Positions 21,321-32,572 of a stretch of DNA of 64,000 nucleotides are shown here, in pieces. The DNA is from Thecamonas trahens ATCC 50062 (taxonomy: Eukaryota > Protista > Apusomonadida). The stretch covers positions 54,593 to 118,592 of the forward strand of contig NW_013657638.1 in the NCBI RefSeq assembly GCF_000142905.1, given 5' to 3'. Each line of letters begins with the position of its first letter. Within the stretch, counting starts at the first letter, position 1. Below the pieces are notes generated by a model. That model was not told the DNA's origin, searched no databases, and was given only the letters and a program-made list of their open reading frames with translations. A program made the translations under genes and the position numbers.

Positions 21321-24300
21321 TCACGGCGGCGAGGCCGAGACAGAGCCGCTCGACGACGAGAGCGGCTGCGAGGGGATAGGCGTAGGACCGCAGCCTGCTG
21401 CTTCCTGCGAGAGCCTCGTCTCCCTTCCGAGCTTCGGCGCATTGCCCTTTCGACGCTTCTTGATCGGCGACTCGGGGATGAAAAGGACCCGCGAGCTGCC
21501 TCGCGGGGCAACTGGCGCTGTTGGCGGCTGCCGCACAATGTATCCGGCTACGACCGGTGGCGCCAAATTGGCTGCTTGAGCCTCGTCGTCACGCCGTCGC
21601 TTGCCAATACCCTGGATGCCGGCCCGACGCCCGCCCGAACTGGCATCGCTTGTCGCCGACAGCAGATCCAGGCCGTCGTTGCCGCTGCTGCCGACGTCGC
21701 CGACGCCGGCAGCTGACAACCTCCGCCTTGGCCGCTTCGGCGGCGACTCGGGCACAGCCACAACCATCGGCGCGAGCGCTCGCGCCTGTGCCAGTGACGC
21801 CGACGTTGACGAGTGCCGCCCGGCCGCCAGCAGCCGGTTCGCCTCGACCGCCAGCGACGGTGCCTTGGCGCTGGCCGCCGCCGCTTCCGCTTCCGCCGCA
21901 GCCGCGCGATCCGTGCGCCGCTTGGCTTTGGCCTTGGCCTTACCCTTGCCCTTGCCCCTGTCCTTGTCCTTGTTCTTGGCTCTTGCCTTGACCTTGGCCT
22001 TGCTCTTGGCCTTACTCTTGCTCTTGTTCTTGCCCTTGGTCGGGACCACGACCTCACGGAAGAGCCTGTTCATGTTGCCGAGACCAAGCGTGAATCTGTT
22101 GAGCGCCTCCATCGGGATCGAGCTCGGATACGCGCTTGCCGGGACGTCCGAGCCGTGCTCGCGCCGGCCGGAGGCGAGCCGGATGGTTGCGAGCCTTTTG
22201 TCGCCTGCCATGCGGGCGTCGGCGGCGGTCGCCACCGACGAGACGAGCGACGCCCGTGCCGAGGCCGACGTCGCTGGCAGGGTGTGCGCGAGCGACTCGC
22301 GAAAGTACGCGTCCTCGCGGAAGAGTGCGTGCAGGGTCCGCGGAAGCAGGGCACCGTAGCGCTCGCAGAGGAGGGCAATGAACGCTTCCCATGGCCGCTT
22401 GTCCGGAAAGATGAGCAGAAACGAGATGGCGCCAAGCATGTCGGCGAGCTCGTCCAGCTGGTCCGCCGGCAGTGGGTCGTCGCGTGAGACATGCGGGTTG
22501 AACGAACCGAGATGGAGCCGGAGAACAATCTGGATTTGCGCCTCGCGGATCTTGCGCTGCTTCCGGGTCCGGTCCGAGTAGTGCTGGACGAGCTCCTGAG
22601 TCGTGACCAGCACCGAGCTCCGGACCAGCTCCGTGAGCTCAGCGTACTCGGCCGGCCCGGCCGAGTTGCCGAGCGCCTCGCCCATCCAGTGCGAGGTGAA
22701 CCACGTGACCGGCCGCTCGCCCTCGTCGACAGCCATGAGATACGCGCTGTGGGGATCGAGCTCGCCTTTGTGCTCGACTGACACCTCGCTTCCGCCAGCT
22801 GCGTCCTGCCTCGGGGCGACTGCGGCGTCGGCGCTCGTCTGTGCTGCCAGGCGGTCTTCGTAGAGCAGCCGCTCGTAGCGGAGAAGAAACTGCTTGCGGA
22901 CTGCGTCTGATGCCGCGGCATCACGGTCGAGTGGACGCTCGTCCTCGGCGGCTCGAGCCACCGCTGCTGCTCGCGCGCACAGCTCCGAGTTTGGCGAAGC
23001 AACGAGCGCGTGCTCGTTCACCCACGGCTCGACCATCCACCGCTGAAATTCCAGGCCGGGCGGTCCGGATTGGGCCGTCATCGCGTCGTCGCCGATCGCG
23101 CAGCTGGGCTCGATGAGAAACCCGATGCCTGAAGTCGGGGCCAACGGAACGACCACCATCTCGCCCACGTTGAAAACGTCAAAGAGTGTGAGCTGGTCGG
23201 TGGCAATCGCGCCAGGCTCAACAGCCGTGAGCGCGTATACCTGGTGCGGCATAAGGACAAACGACCGCGGAAAGGCCGCCAGGGGAAAAGTTGCCGACGC
23301 TACGAGTTCGTCCGATGCCAGCGCCATCGGGGAGACGCAGCCCGGGTAGAGGTGCGTGAGGGTGGCTTGCGTGGCGAGCCCGTTCCGCGACGTCAGCGAC
23401 AGCTGTGCGGTCTTTCCGGACGGCCCGCGGAGAAGCGCAGGGATCCGGACCGAGTCTGGGAGCGCCGGCACGCCGGCACGCGGCGCGAGATGGGTGTGGT
23501 GCACGACAGCCCCACCTATGCTGGCCATGAGGCGGGCGAGCCGTGAAGCGACGCTCGGGCCTGGCTTCTCCTCACCCGTATCGATCCAATGACAGGCGAT
23601 ACCTGCGTCGGCGAGCGATTTGCCCAGCCCGCGACGTGCCGAGCCAAAACCTGTCGACATTAGCTCGACAGCGTCCGCCAGAACAACCGGGTCGACGGCT
23701 TCGCGCGACGCTGCGCTCAGTGCGCTTGCGCCGCGTGCCTCGTTGATCATGGTCTTGAAGAGGGCCGATCCGGCGAGCTCGTCGTCGTTGGGGCAACTAC
23801 CTTTGCTGCTTGTGTCCCGCACTGGCGCCGGCCGTCGACCGGTGGCAAACGCGACCATGTCAGCCTCCGAAGCCGGCGCCGGTGAGAGGAGGTAGATGAC
23901 CTTGCGTGTGGCTGTGTCTGACGAGAGGACCACGTGCGACCAGGCAACGTCGGCGAGCAGCTGGGTCAGCGCCCGCTGGATGACCACTATCGGCGGCAGC
24001 ACCTTTCTCCGTTGTGTCGCCACCGCTGCTGCCGATCGCAACGCAGACGCCACCAGCGGCAGGCCGCCGGCAGCAGGCACCTCGTCAGCCGGTGCCTTTG
24101 CCAGCCGTCCGCCGCCATCCGCACACAGCGCCACAATCGAGTCGAGCAGGGCGTCCAACTCGGCCAGCGACGTCGGCGACAGACTCTGCAAGCGGACCTT
24201 GAGGGTGGACGACGACGAGTGCGCCGAGGAGAAGCAGCGGAGGGCAAACGTGGGTGGGCGAGCCGACAGCGCCGGGGGCTCGGCACCAGCTGCCGTCGCC

Positions 24301-24401
24301 AGGAGGGTGTGGAGGGACCGTGACGCAGATGCAGTCCATGTATCAGGCGAAGTGGACTGCGTGAGGAGCGGGGCCACGTCCAGAAGGAGCACCACCTGCA
24401 T
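21321..24401 (-). CDS. TICRR: Treslin/TICRR (Sld3-like) replication initiation factor
   Basis: N-terminal VVLLLD vWA-like start, Sld3/Treslin core KIREAQIQIVLRLHL…RYGALLPRTL, paired CDK-type sites VPESP and IPESP; start lies next to a gap. Confidence 0.7.
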   Translation of the reverse strand: MQVVLLLDVAPLLTQSTSPDTWTASASRSLHTLLATAAGAEPPALSARPPTFALRCFSSAHSSSSTLKVRLQSLSPTSLAELDALLDSIVALCADGGGRLAKAPADEVPAAGGLPLVASALRSAAAVATQRRKVLPPIVVIQRALTQLLADVAWSHVVLSSDTATRKVIYLLSPAPASEADMVAFATGRRPAPVRDTSSKGSCPNDDELAGSALFKTMINEARGASALSAASREAVDPVVLADAVELMSTGFGSARRGLGKSLADAGIACHWIDTGEEKPGPSVASRLARLMASIGGAVVHHTHLAPRAGVPALPDSVRIPALLRGPSGKTAQLSLTSRNGLATQATLTHLYPGCVSPMALASDELVASATFPLAAFPRSFVLMPHQVYALTAVEPGAIATDQLTLFDVFNVGEMVVVPLAPTSGIGFLIEPSCAIGDDAMTAQSGPPGLEFQRWMVEPWVNEHALVASPNSELCARAAAVARAAEDERPLDRDAAASDAVRKQFLLRYERLLYEDRLAAQTSADAAVAPRQDAAGGSEVSVEHKGELDPHSAYLMAVDEGERPVTWFTSHWMGEALGNSAGPAEYAELTELVRSSVLVTTQELVQHYSDRTRKQRKIREAQIQIVLRLHLGSFNPHVSRDDPLPADQLDELADMLGAISFLLIFPDKRPWEAFIALLCERYGALLPRTLHALFREDAYFRESLAHTLPATSASARASLVSSVATAADARMAGDKRLATIRLASGRREHGSDVPASAYPSSIPMEALNRFTLGLGNMNRLFREVVVPTKGKNKSKSKAKSKAKVKARAKNKDKDRGKGKGKAKAKAKRRTDRAAAAEAEAAAASAKAPSLAVEANRLLAAGRHSSTSASLAQARALAPMVVAVPESPPKRPRRRLSAAGVGDVGSSGNDGLDLLSATSDASSGGRRAGIQGIGKRRRDDEAQAANLAPPVVAGYIVRQPPTAPVAPRGSSRVLFIPESPIKKRRKGNAPKLGRETRLSQEAAGCGPTPIPSQPLSSSSGSVSASPP

Positions 24402-25102
24402 GGGTGGTGGTGGAGGGGTGGAGAGGTGGAGAGGTGGAGAGGGTGGAGGGGGAGGGGGAGGGGGGGGGGGGNNNNNNNNNNNNNNNNNNNNNNNNNNNNN
24501 NNNNNNNNNNNNNNNNNNNNNNNNNNNNNNNNNNNNNNNNNNNNNNNNNNNNNNNNNNNNNNNNNNNNNNNNNNNNNNNNNNNNNNNNNNNNNNNNNNNN
24601 NNNNNNNNNNNNNNNNNNNNNNNNNNNNNNNNNNNNNNNNNNNNNNNNNNNNNNNNNNNNNNNNNNNNNNNNNNNNNNNNNNNNNNNNNNNNNNNNNNNN
24701 NNNNNNNNNNNNNNNNNNNNNNNNNNNNNNNNNNNNNNNNNNNNNNGGAGACCACGTTGTGCTACCATCCTGATGAGAGACAGACAGACAGACGGACAGA
24801 GAGACAGACAGAGAGATAGACAGGTACAAATGCGAATACACATCATCCGCTCTCATCTCCCGATCTTCCCGATACCGCTCTCCCACCCCCCACCCCCACC
24901 CCTCACCCCTCACCCCTCACCCCTCACCCCCCCCACCCCCCTCCCTCTCCCCCAACCTTCGACCAACCTGTCTACTCTCCCGCCACTGCCGACACTCATC
25001 ACCACACACACCACTCCACACACACACACACACACATATATATACATACACACTCACAAACACACGCACGCACACACACACACACACACATATACGCACA
25101 CA

Positions 25103-27468
25103 ATGCGGGAAAGATGTTCCCGACATGCTCTGTGGCTGGTCCTGGGCATGTCCATGCTCGTGCTTGGAGCTTTGGGCGCTGGCAGCCGCGCTTGCCACGC
25201 CCTGGACAAGTCGGCGGAGAGAGTGGCCGAGTGGAGTGGTGGCGGCCATGGCAAGGACGAGGCGGATGCTGCTGGCGTTGATGATGGTCTGGAGCTGGCG
25301 GTGCGGGCGGTCAACATGACTCGTGATGTGGTCATCGACGGCATTGGCTTCCTCGACCTGGCCGTCAACGATAACAACCTCGATGCTCTTCTCGTTGCCG
25401 CATCGCTGAGACTCAAGGCGCTGCAGCGGGCGGCGGCCGACATGCAGGACCTTGTGGCAGACATCACAGACATGTTTGCCGCAAGAAGCGAGGAAGAGAA
25501 GGAGAAGGGCAAGGAGAAGGAGAAGCGGCGGAAGGAGAAGCCCGAGGCGGGCGGGTCTGATGGCGCTGATGCTGCAGGCCGCCGCAACTCGGACGACGTC
25601 GTGGTCCATCCTCTCGATTCAGTCCTGGTATCGGCATCGGGAAGAGAGGGCACGTCGAAAGAGTCGCCGCAGCCCGGCGCCACTGCCACCGGTTCCACTG
25701 CGACTGGTGGCGATGGCGCGACGACGCCGACCGATCCGGCTGAGCGTGTTGCGGGCAAGAGCTCGTCCGAGGCTGAAGCCACAGGCAAGACTAAGAGTAG
25801 TGACGATGGCGTTGTCGACAAGTTTGGCGAGCTGGTCGACGATACCCTCGACCATGTCCGCGACGAGGTGGACAAGCTCGAGTCCGAGGCCGAGGACGTG
25901 TACAAAAAGTCCAAGGGCGCCGGCGCCGAGCTCGAGACCCTGGTGGTGCTGGAGGAGGTCGACGAGGAGACAGACACGGTGGCGGTGGTGCCGTCGGCTG
26001 GGGTGCCGGCGCCGGTCTCGGGCTCGCGGACCAAGACCGATGACACTGCCAGAGCCGCACGGCCGGGATCGGGCCCGGGCCCGGGCTCGGGCTTGGGCCC
26101 GGGCTCGGAAAAAAGCACAAGCGAGCCGGCCCGGCTTTCGCGCAAATCGACTGCACTGACGCTTGTCGACTCGGACAACAATGTGTACGGCATCGTCAAG
26201 TCGCGCGACGTCTCGGTCCTGCACGTCAACCGACGGTTGGTACGTGACATCGGGCTCACCATTGCGGTCGGGTATGTCGGCGGCGGCCTGGCGCAGACTC
26301 TGCGCCTCCCACGAGTTCTTGGCTCCATCGGTGCCGGCGTTGTCCTCGGCACCTCGATCCTGGACACTATTGACAACGTTGTGCTCATCCGAACGCTGGG
26401 TGAGCTCGGCGTCATCGTCGCCGTCTTTCTGTTGGGGCGCAATCTAACGTCACGCGACGCGAGGCACGAAGCCCGCAAGGGTGCCATGGCCTCGGAGACC
26501 TTGGTTGTCGTCGACCGCATCCTCCTCACCCAAGCCGCCGGCATCAACATCCTGCTCCAGCTCGGCCTCATGGCGGTGTGCGGATCGGTGGCCCAGATGC
26601 TGGGACGCTCGGCCGGCGAGGCCGCCTTCATCGCCCTCACCCTCTCGCTCTCGGCCACGCACCTCGTTCTCTCAACGCTGACCGTCAAGGAGCGCGAGAC
26701 CTCGTTTGGGCTCGGTATCTCGGCGGTGCAGACCGTGCAAACCAGTTTCACCGCCGTTGTCCTCTCGCTCATTCCGCATGCAGAAAAGTACCTGTTCAAC
26801 GAGTTTGATCCGCTGGCCGGCGTCGGCGCGCTCTCGGTCTCACTCCTTGCGCTTGTGGGCGGCCTCTCGGCCGCCGCGCTTCCGCTGAGGTACATCCTGC
26901 CGCGTGCTCACGCAGTAGCCTCGCTTACCGTCCTCTCGGCGTACGCGCTCGCCGCAGCCTGCCTCGCCGACACGGTCGGCCTCGCGCCGGAGCTCGGCAC
27001 CTTTGTGGCCGGCTGTCTCTCCGGTCTGGTCCGTCTCGGTGGCGCCGGTGCCGTCGGCGACATCGAGGCCCTCCACCGGTTCTTCCTGCACGTCTTTTTG
27101 TCGCCATCGGCCTCTCGCTCCAGGCGCAACTCTTTCTCTCCGAATCGCTCCTACTCCTCATCACCACCGCTGCACTCGTCCTTGTCAAGATGATCCTTGC
27201 CAGTGGGGCGGTGTACATGGTGACTGGCACCGACGCCGCCATGGCCTCGCTCACCGGCCTAGCCCTCGCGCAGGTCTCGGAATATGCGCTTGTCCTCCTC
27301 TCGCGCGCCCGGGCCCGCCGCCTCATCTCGCGCGAGCTGCATCTTGTTGTCATCGGCGTCACCATCTGCTCGCAGCTCGTTGTCCCCCTCCTGTGGAACG
27401 TAGTTGGATCGGACTGGCGTCGTCGCGTCGCCGCCGCCGCCGCCAGCCTGCCCCGAAACCATGTGTAA
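25103..27468 (+). CDS. TMCO3: TMCO3-like CPA2 cation/H+ antiporter (apparent 1-nt frameshift near 27098)
   Basis: Signal peptide, coiled coil, LVDSDNNVYGIVKSRD motif, then CPA2 helices (LGELGV, ELGTFVAG, LAQVSEY); one extra T gives HVFFVAIGL. Confidence 0.78.
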
Positions 27469-27604
27469 CACCAGCTTCAGCGGCTGCAGGCCGGGCGTGC
27501 CTGCGCTCGCGTCGGCGGCGGCAGCGACTCAACTGCCCACCTCTCTGCCAGGCCCACCCCGGACACGGCGACGCGTGAGGGGGGGGGTGGAGGCACAACC
27601 CAGG

Positions 27605-28672
27605 ATGGCAACCGAACCGGGAAGCACAAGTAGGACTAGGGTGCTGGAGGGTGGCATGGAGCGAGTCGACGGGCAGGGGGGCTCGCAGTGTGGCGCGAGG
27701 ACGGAGGAGGCGGCCCGGAGTGGCAAGGCCAAGCTGACGGCCATGGAGGAATTTGTGGGGGGATGGGTGGGCGGACTGGCGCGGATTCCTGTGGGACACA
27801 TTCTCGACACGGTCAAGGTCAATCAGAGCACAAATCCGGGCAAGTACACCTCGATGGTCCACTGCTTTCGCTCGCTCGTCGCCGAACATGGCTTTCTTGG
27901 CCTCTACAAGGGTGTCCAGTCGCCAGCTCTGGGCATGGCCGCCCTCAATGGGACCTTGTACTTTTCGCTGGCCCAGGGCAAGGCCATTGCCCGATGGCTG
28001 GATACGAGCGAGAGCGACAGAGCCGGAGACGCTGACGGTCCGCGCGAGGCCACCGATCTGTCCAAGGCCCAGCTGGTGGTGGCTGGGGCCTTTGCCGGCG
28101 CATGCACCTCGCTCGTCGAGGGCCCTGTCGATTTGATCAAGACCCAGCTTCAGCTCCGCCATGCCGAGTACTCATCGGTCTTTCACTGCGCGCGAGTCCT
28201 GGTCGAGACCAACGGGCTCCGCGGCATGTTCCAGGGGCTTGGCCCGACTCTTGTCCGCAACACGTTTGGCTACATCCTGTTCTTTGAAGGCTACGAGGCG
28301 ACATGCCACGCGTTCCGCTCGGTCCTTGACTACGGCCCGCATGACGATCTCCCTGTCTGGCAGGTCCTCACAGCCGGCTGGGTCGCCGGCACTCTGTTCT
28401 GGGGCGTGCCGTACCCCGCCGACCACATCAAGACCCGGATGCAGGGCGATACCCCGGTCCGCGCCATCCGCGCCTTCCCCACCATCGCCGCCACTCTCCG
28501 CCACGTCCTCGCCACCGAAGGTCTCCGCGGCCTCTACCGCGGCTTTGTCCCCTGCATCGTTCGTGCCGGTCCAGCCAACGCCTGTGCCTGGGCCGGCTAC
28601 GAGTACACCGTCCGTCTCTTTGGCTATCTCCGCAGCGATGACGACGACGACCCTCTCCTGTACCGCGACTAA
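27605..28672 (+). CDS. Mitochondrial carrier (SLC25, carnitine/ornithine carrier-like)
   Basis: Three carrier signatures (HILDTVKV, PVDLIKT, PADHIKT) and GLYKG/GLYRG; start may be at 27743. Confidence 0.88.
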   Translation: MATEPGSTSRTRVLEGGMERVDGQGGSQCGARTEEAARSGKAKLTAMEEFVGGWVGGLARIPVGHILDTVKVNQSTNPGKYTSMVHCFRSLVAEHGFLGLYKGVQSPALGMAALNGTLYFSLAQGKAIARWLDTSESDRAGDADGPREATDLSKAQLVVAGAFAGACTSLVEGPVDLIKTQLQLRHAEYSSVFHCARVLVETNGLRGMFQGLGPTLVRNTFGYILFFEGYEATCHAFRSVLDYGPHDDLPVWQVLTAGWVAGTLFWGVPYPADHIKTRMQGDTPVRAIRAFPTIAATLRHVLATEGLRGLYRGFVPCIVRAGPANACAWAGYEYTVRLFGYLRSDDDDDPLLYRD

Positions 28673-28903
28673 TGTGCCACCTCCCAAGCATTGCGATGCA
28701 AGAAACCTCCCCCGCTGACAAACCAAATCCACCAGCTTGCCCCCCCCCCCCAACCCTTCCCTCGCACCAGCCACACCTCACCCAACCGACCACCACCACC
28801 ACCACTACCACTACCACACACATACGCACACATACCAACCGCCGTCACCTCTCTCTCCCCTGTCGTCCTCCCTGTATAGCCCCTCTCCCCTCGCCTGCCC
28901 ACC

Positions 28904-31900
28904 ATGGAGTTCTCCAACCTCCATGCGGCCAACAAGCCGCACAAGAAGGCGACCAAGGGCAAGAAGCGGGAGAAGAAGATCATTGCGCACAAGAAGAAGG
29001 AGGGCAAGTCGCTGGCCAAGGCCAACTCCAAGGCCTTTCTGATGAAGTCGGGCGTCAAGGCACTCCGGTATCGCAATCGCAAGGCTGATCTGGACCAGAA
29101 GCGCCTCCACGTGCCGCTGGTCAATCGGACGGACCCCAACTCGATTCCGCCCATTGTGGTGGGCGTGGTCGGCCCTCCCAAGGTCGGCAAGTCCACCATC
29201 ATCCGCTCGCTCGTCAAGCACTACACCCGGTACTCGCTGGGTGAGATCAAGGGCCCGGTTACCGTGGTCTCGTCCAAGGCCCGTCGGCTGACCTTTATCG
29301 AGGTGCCCAACGAGCTCAACGCCATGATCGACGCCGCCAAGGTCTGCGACCTCGTTCTGCTCGTCATCGACGCCTCGTACGGCTTTGAGATGGACACTTT
29401 TGAGTTTCTCAACATTGCCCAGAACCACGGGTTCATGAAGATCCTCGGCGTCCTCACCCATCTCGACACCTTCAAGGACGGCAAGAAGCAGCGCAAGACC
29501 CGCAAGCGCCTCAAGCATCGGTTCTGGACCGAGGTCTACGATGGCGCCAAGCTCTTCTACCTCTCGTCCATCCAGTACGGCCGATACTCGCCGATGGAGA
29601 TCCGCAACCTCGCCCGGTTTATCTCCATCCAAAAGTTCCGGCCCATCATCTGGCGCAACACTCATCCATACGTCCTTGTCGACCGCGTCGAGGACGTCAC
29701 CAATCCGCAGGATGTCAAGGACAACCCGGGCGTCGACCGCAACGTGGTGCTCTACGGCTACGTCCGCGGCACCCACCTCAAGTCGAACATGCAGGTCTAC
29801 ATCCCGGGCGCCGGCGAGTACGCCATGGACTCGGTCACCATCATGGACGACCCGTGCCCCCTCGCCGAGCGCTCGTCTGGCGGCAAGCGCCGCCTCGCCG
29901 ACCGCTCCAAGCTCCTTTACGCCCCGCTCTCGGACGTCGGCGACATCCTGTTTGATCGCGACGCCGTCTACATTGATCTGCAGAACAACTCGGTGGCCAA
30001 GAAGCCGCTCGACAAGAAGCACCACGTCAAGGCCGGCTCTGGCTCGGACGCCGACGACGGCGACGACAGCGATGCCTCGGGCTCGGGCTCGGCCGACGAC
30101 GGCGAGGCCATGGTCCAGCAGCTCGCCGACACCCGCATGGGTCTTGACGAACAGCTCCAAAAGTCGACGTTCCAGCTGTTTGCCGGTGGTACCCACATCT
30201 CCACCGCAGACGTCGAGAAGCAGGTCGCCCGCGAGCGCCGCGGCGTCGACGTCGCCACCCTCAACGCCACCCGCGCCGTCGCCTCCGGCTCGGGCTCCAG
30301 CTCGGGCTCGGATGCCTCGGGCCCTGCCAGCAGCGACGGCTCGGGCTCCGAGTCGGAGACCTGGCAGCTGGTTGGCGACAAGCCGAACCGCCGCAAGCGC
30401 CTGCGCAGCCGCGGCTCGGGCTCGGACGCCTCGGACTCTGAGCGCGGGAGCGGGTCGGACGACGGCTCAGCCTCGCCGGCGCTTGTGCCGCGGGCCAAGC
30501 GGCCGAAGCTCGATGCCGGCTCGGCCTCCAGTGACTCTGCATCGAGCGACGACATGGGCGGCGCCCGGTGGAAGGACAACCTCATGGCCAACGCCGTGGC
30601 CAAGTACAAGGAGCGGGCCAAGTTTAACCTCATGGACCTTGTGTACGGGCCGGACGGCAAAAAGTCCGACGCTGACGACGCCAACGCTCTGCTGAGCGAG
30701 TCAGATGACGAGGTGCGCGCTCCCGGTGCCAACCCGTTCGATGACACGCTCCTGCTCAAGCCGAAGGCCTCGCGGGCTTCGCAGCGGCTTAACGCAGTCG
30801 ACTCGACCCGCGCCTCGTTTGCCTCCCTCGACGACCTCCGTGCCTCAATCTCGGCACTCGGCGCCGACGCGCTCCGCGCCCGGTTTGTCCAGCACGTCTC
30901 GGACGCTGACGACAACTCGGACGACGACCTGATGTCGTCAAACCGGGTCCCGATGAAGGCCGCAAGCTCGAGCTCGAGCTCAGACTCGGGCTCGAGCTCG
31001 GGCTCGGACTCGGGCTCGGGATCGGGATCGGGCTCGAGCTCAAGCTCGAGCTCGGGCTCGGGCTCGGGCTCAGGCTCGGAGAGCGAGTCGTCGGACTCGA
31101 ACGAGCACAACATTGCTATCAACATGCTGACCGAGATGGACCGGCAGAAGCAGCTGAACCTCACGCACTTTGCCTCGCTGCCTGAGGAGAAGCGTGCAAT
31201 TTACGAGGGCTACCGGGCGGGAACGTATGTGCGGATTGTGATGCGTGCGCTGCCGGCGGAGCTTATGCTCCACTTTGATCCGCGGCGGCCGATGCTGGTG
31301 TGTGGGGTGCCGACGGGCGAGACGACGATGACGTTCCTTCGCGCGCGGATCAAGCGGCACCGGTGGCACTCGCGGATCCTCAAGTCGAACGACCCGCTCA
31401 TCTTCTCGCTCGGGTGGCGGCGGTTCCAGACGGTTCCGCTCTACGCGCGGTGGAACAACGGGCGGACGATGTACGCCAAGTACACTCCGGAGCACGCGCA
31501 CTGCGAGGCTGTGTTCTATGGGCCAGCAGCGCCAGTCAACTCTGGCTTTGTGGCGTTCTCGTCACTCTCTGCCGGCGCGCCGGGCTACCGCATCGCGGCG
31601 ACAGGCACGCTGCTGGAGATGAACGAGACGTTCACTATCCAAAAGAAGATCAAGCTTGTGGGCGAGCCGATGCAGATCTCCAAGCACACGGCGTTTGTCA
31701 AAGGCATGTTCTCGTCGCCGGTGGAGGCGGCGCGGTATGAGCGGGCGTCGGTCAAGACGGTCTCGGGCATCCGCGGAGCCATCAAGCGGGCGACGACGTC
31801 GGGGGCATTCCCGCCAGGCACGGTCCGTGTCACCTTTGAGGACCGGCCGCGGATGTCGGACATTGTCTTCCTCCGGGCGTGGGTCCCGGTCTATCCTGAT

Positions 31901-32425
31901 AAGGTCCACTTCCCGGTCACCAACCTGCTCGAGCCGTCGACCAGCGAGTGGGTGGGCGCCAAGACGGTGGGCCGGCTCCGGTTCGAGCGCGGCCTCCTCG
32001 CACCGCACTCGGGCGACTCATCGTACACCACCATCAAGCGGACGACCAAGCGGTTCAACCCGCTGCGGCTGCCGGCGTCGCTCGAGGCTGCGCTGCCGTT
32101 CAAGTCCAAGCCCAAGGATCGCGGCATGCACACCAAGAAGAAGTCGGCGCAGGCCAAGGCCAAGGCCAAGAAGGCCATCAACAGGCACACTGCAGTGGTC
32201 ATGGACGACTACGAGCGCAAGATGACCTCCCTCATCTCCTCCATCAACGCCGTCCGCAAGACCAAGCTCCACAAGGCCAAGCACGCCAAGATCCGCGAGC
32301 GGACCAACAGGGCCAAGCGGCTCGCCATCGAGGAGGAGGCCAAGAAGGCCCGTCTGCGGATCAAGAAGAAGGACTACTTCCGCAAAGAGTCCAAACTCCG
32401 CGGCGAGCACCGCAAGCGGTCGTGA
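28904..32425 (+). CDS. BMS1: Ribosome biogenesis GTPase BMS1
   Basis: GPPKVGKST P-loop, FEMDTFEFLN, GVLTHLD, WRNTHPY, KRHRWH…LKSNDPL, TVSGIRG. Confidence 0.97.
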   Translation: MEFSNLHAANKPHKKATKGKKREKKIIAHKKKEGKSLAKANSKAFLMKSGVKALRYRNRKADLDQKRLHVPLVNRTDPNSIPPIVVGVVGPPKVGKSTIIRSLVKHYTRYSLGEIKGPVTVVSSKARRLTFIEVPNELNAMIDAAKVCDLVLLVIDASYGFEMDTFEFLNIAQNHGFMKILGVLTHLDTFKDGKKQRKTRKRLKHRFWTEVYDGAKLFYLSSIQYGRYSPMEIRNLARFISIQKFRPIIWRNTHPYVLVDRVEDVTNPQDVKDNPGVDRNVVLYGYVRGTHLKSNMQVYIPGAGEYAMDSVTIMDDPCPLAERSSGGKRRLADRSKLLYAPLSDVGDILFDRDAVYIDLQNNSVAKKPLDKKHHVKAGSGSDADDGDDSDASGSGSADDGEAMVQQLADTRMGLDEQLQKSTFQLFAGGTHISTADVEKQVARERRGVDVATLNATRAVASGSGSSSGSDASGPASSDGSGSESETWQLVGDKPNRRKRLRSRGSGSDASDSERGSGSDDGSASPALVPRAKRPKLDAGSASSDSASSDDMGGARWKDNLMANAVAKYKERAKFNLMDLVYGPDGKKSDADDANALLSESDDEVRAPGANPFDDTLLLKPKASRASQRLNAVDSTRASFASLDDLRASISALGADALRARFVQHVSDADDNSDDDLMSSNRVPMKAASSSSSSDSGSSSGSDSGSGSGSGSSSSSSSGSGSGSGSESESSDSNEHNIAINMLTEMDRQKQLNLTHFASLPEEKRAIYEGYRAGTYVRIVMRALPAELMLHFDPRRPMLVCGVPTGETTMTFLRARIKRHRWHSRILKSNDPLIFSLGWRRFQTVPLYARWNNGRTMYAKYTPEHAHCEAVFYGPAAPVNSGFVAFSSLSAGAPGYRIAATGTLLEMNETFTIQKKIKLVGEPMQISKHTAFVKGMFSSPVEAARYERASVKTVSGIRGAIKRATTSGAFPPGTVRVTFEDRPRMSDIVFLRAWVPVYPDKVHFPVTNLLEPSTSEWVGAKTVGRLRFERGLLAPHSGDSSYTTIKRTTKRFNPLRLPASLEAALPFKSKPKDRGMHTKKKSAQAKAKAKKAINRHTAVVMDDYERKMTSLISSINAVRKTKLHKAKHAKIRERTNRAKRLAIEEEAKKARLRIKKKDYFRKESKLRGEHRKRS

Positions 32426-32572
32426 TAAAGCCCTCCCCCCCCCCCCCCCCCCCCCCACCGGCTTTGTCCGGCGAAGCCCCTCTCTCAGTCCGGCTACCCA
32501 GCATAGCTCGGCCCAACCACTCGGTCCAGCCACTCGGCCCAGCCACTCGACTCTGCGGCGAGCACTGCAGCC

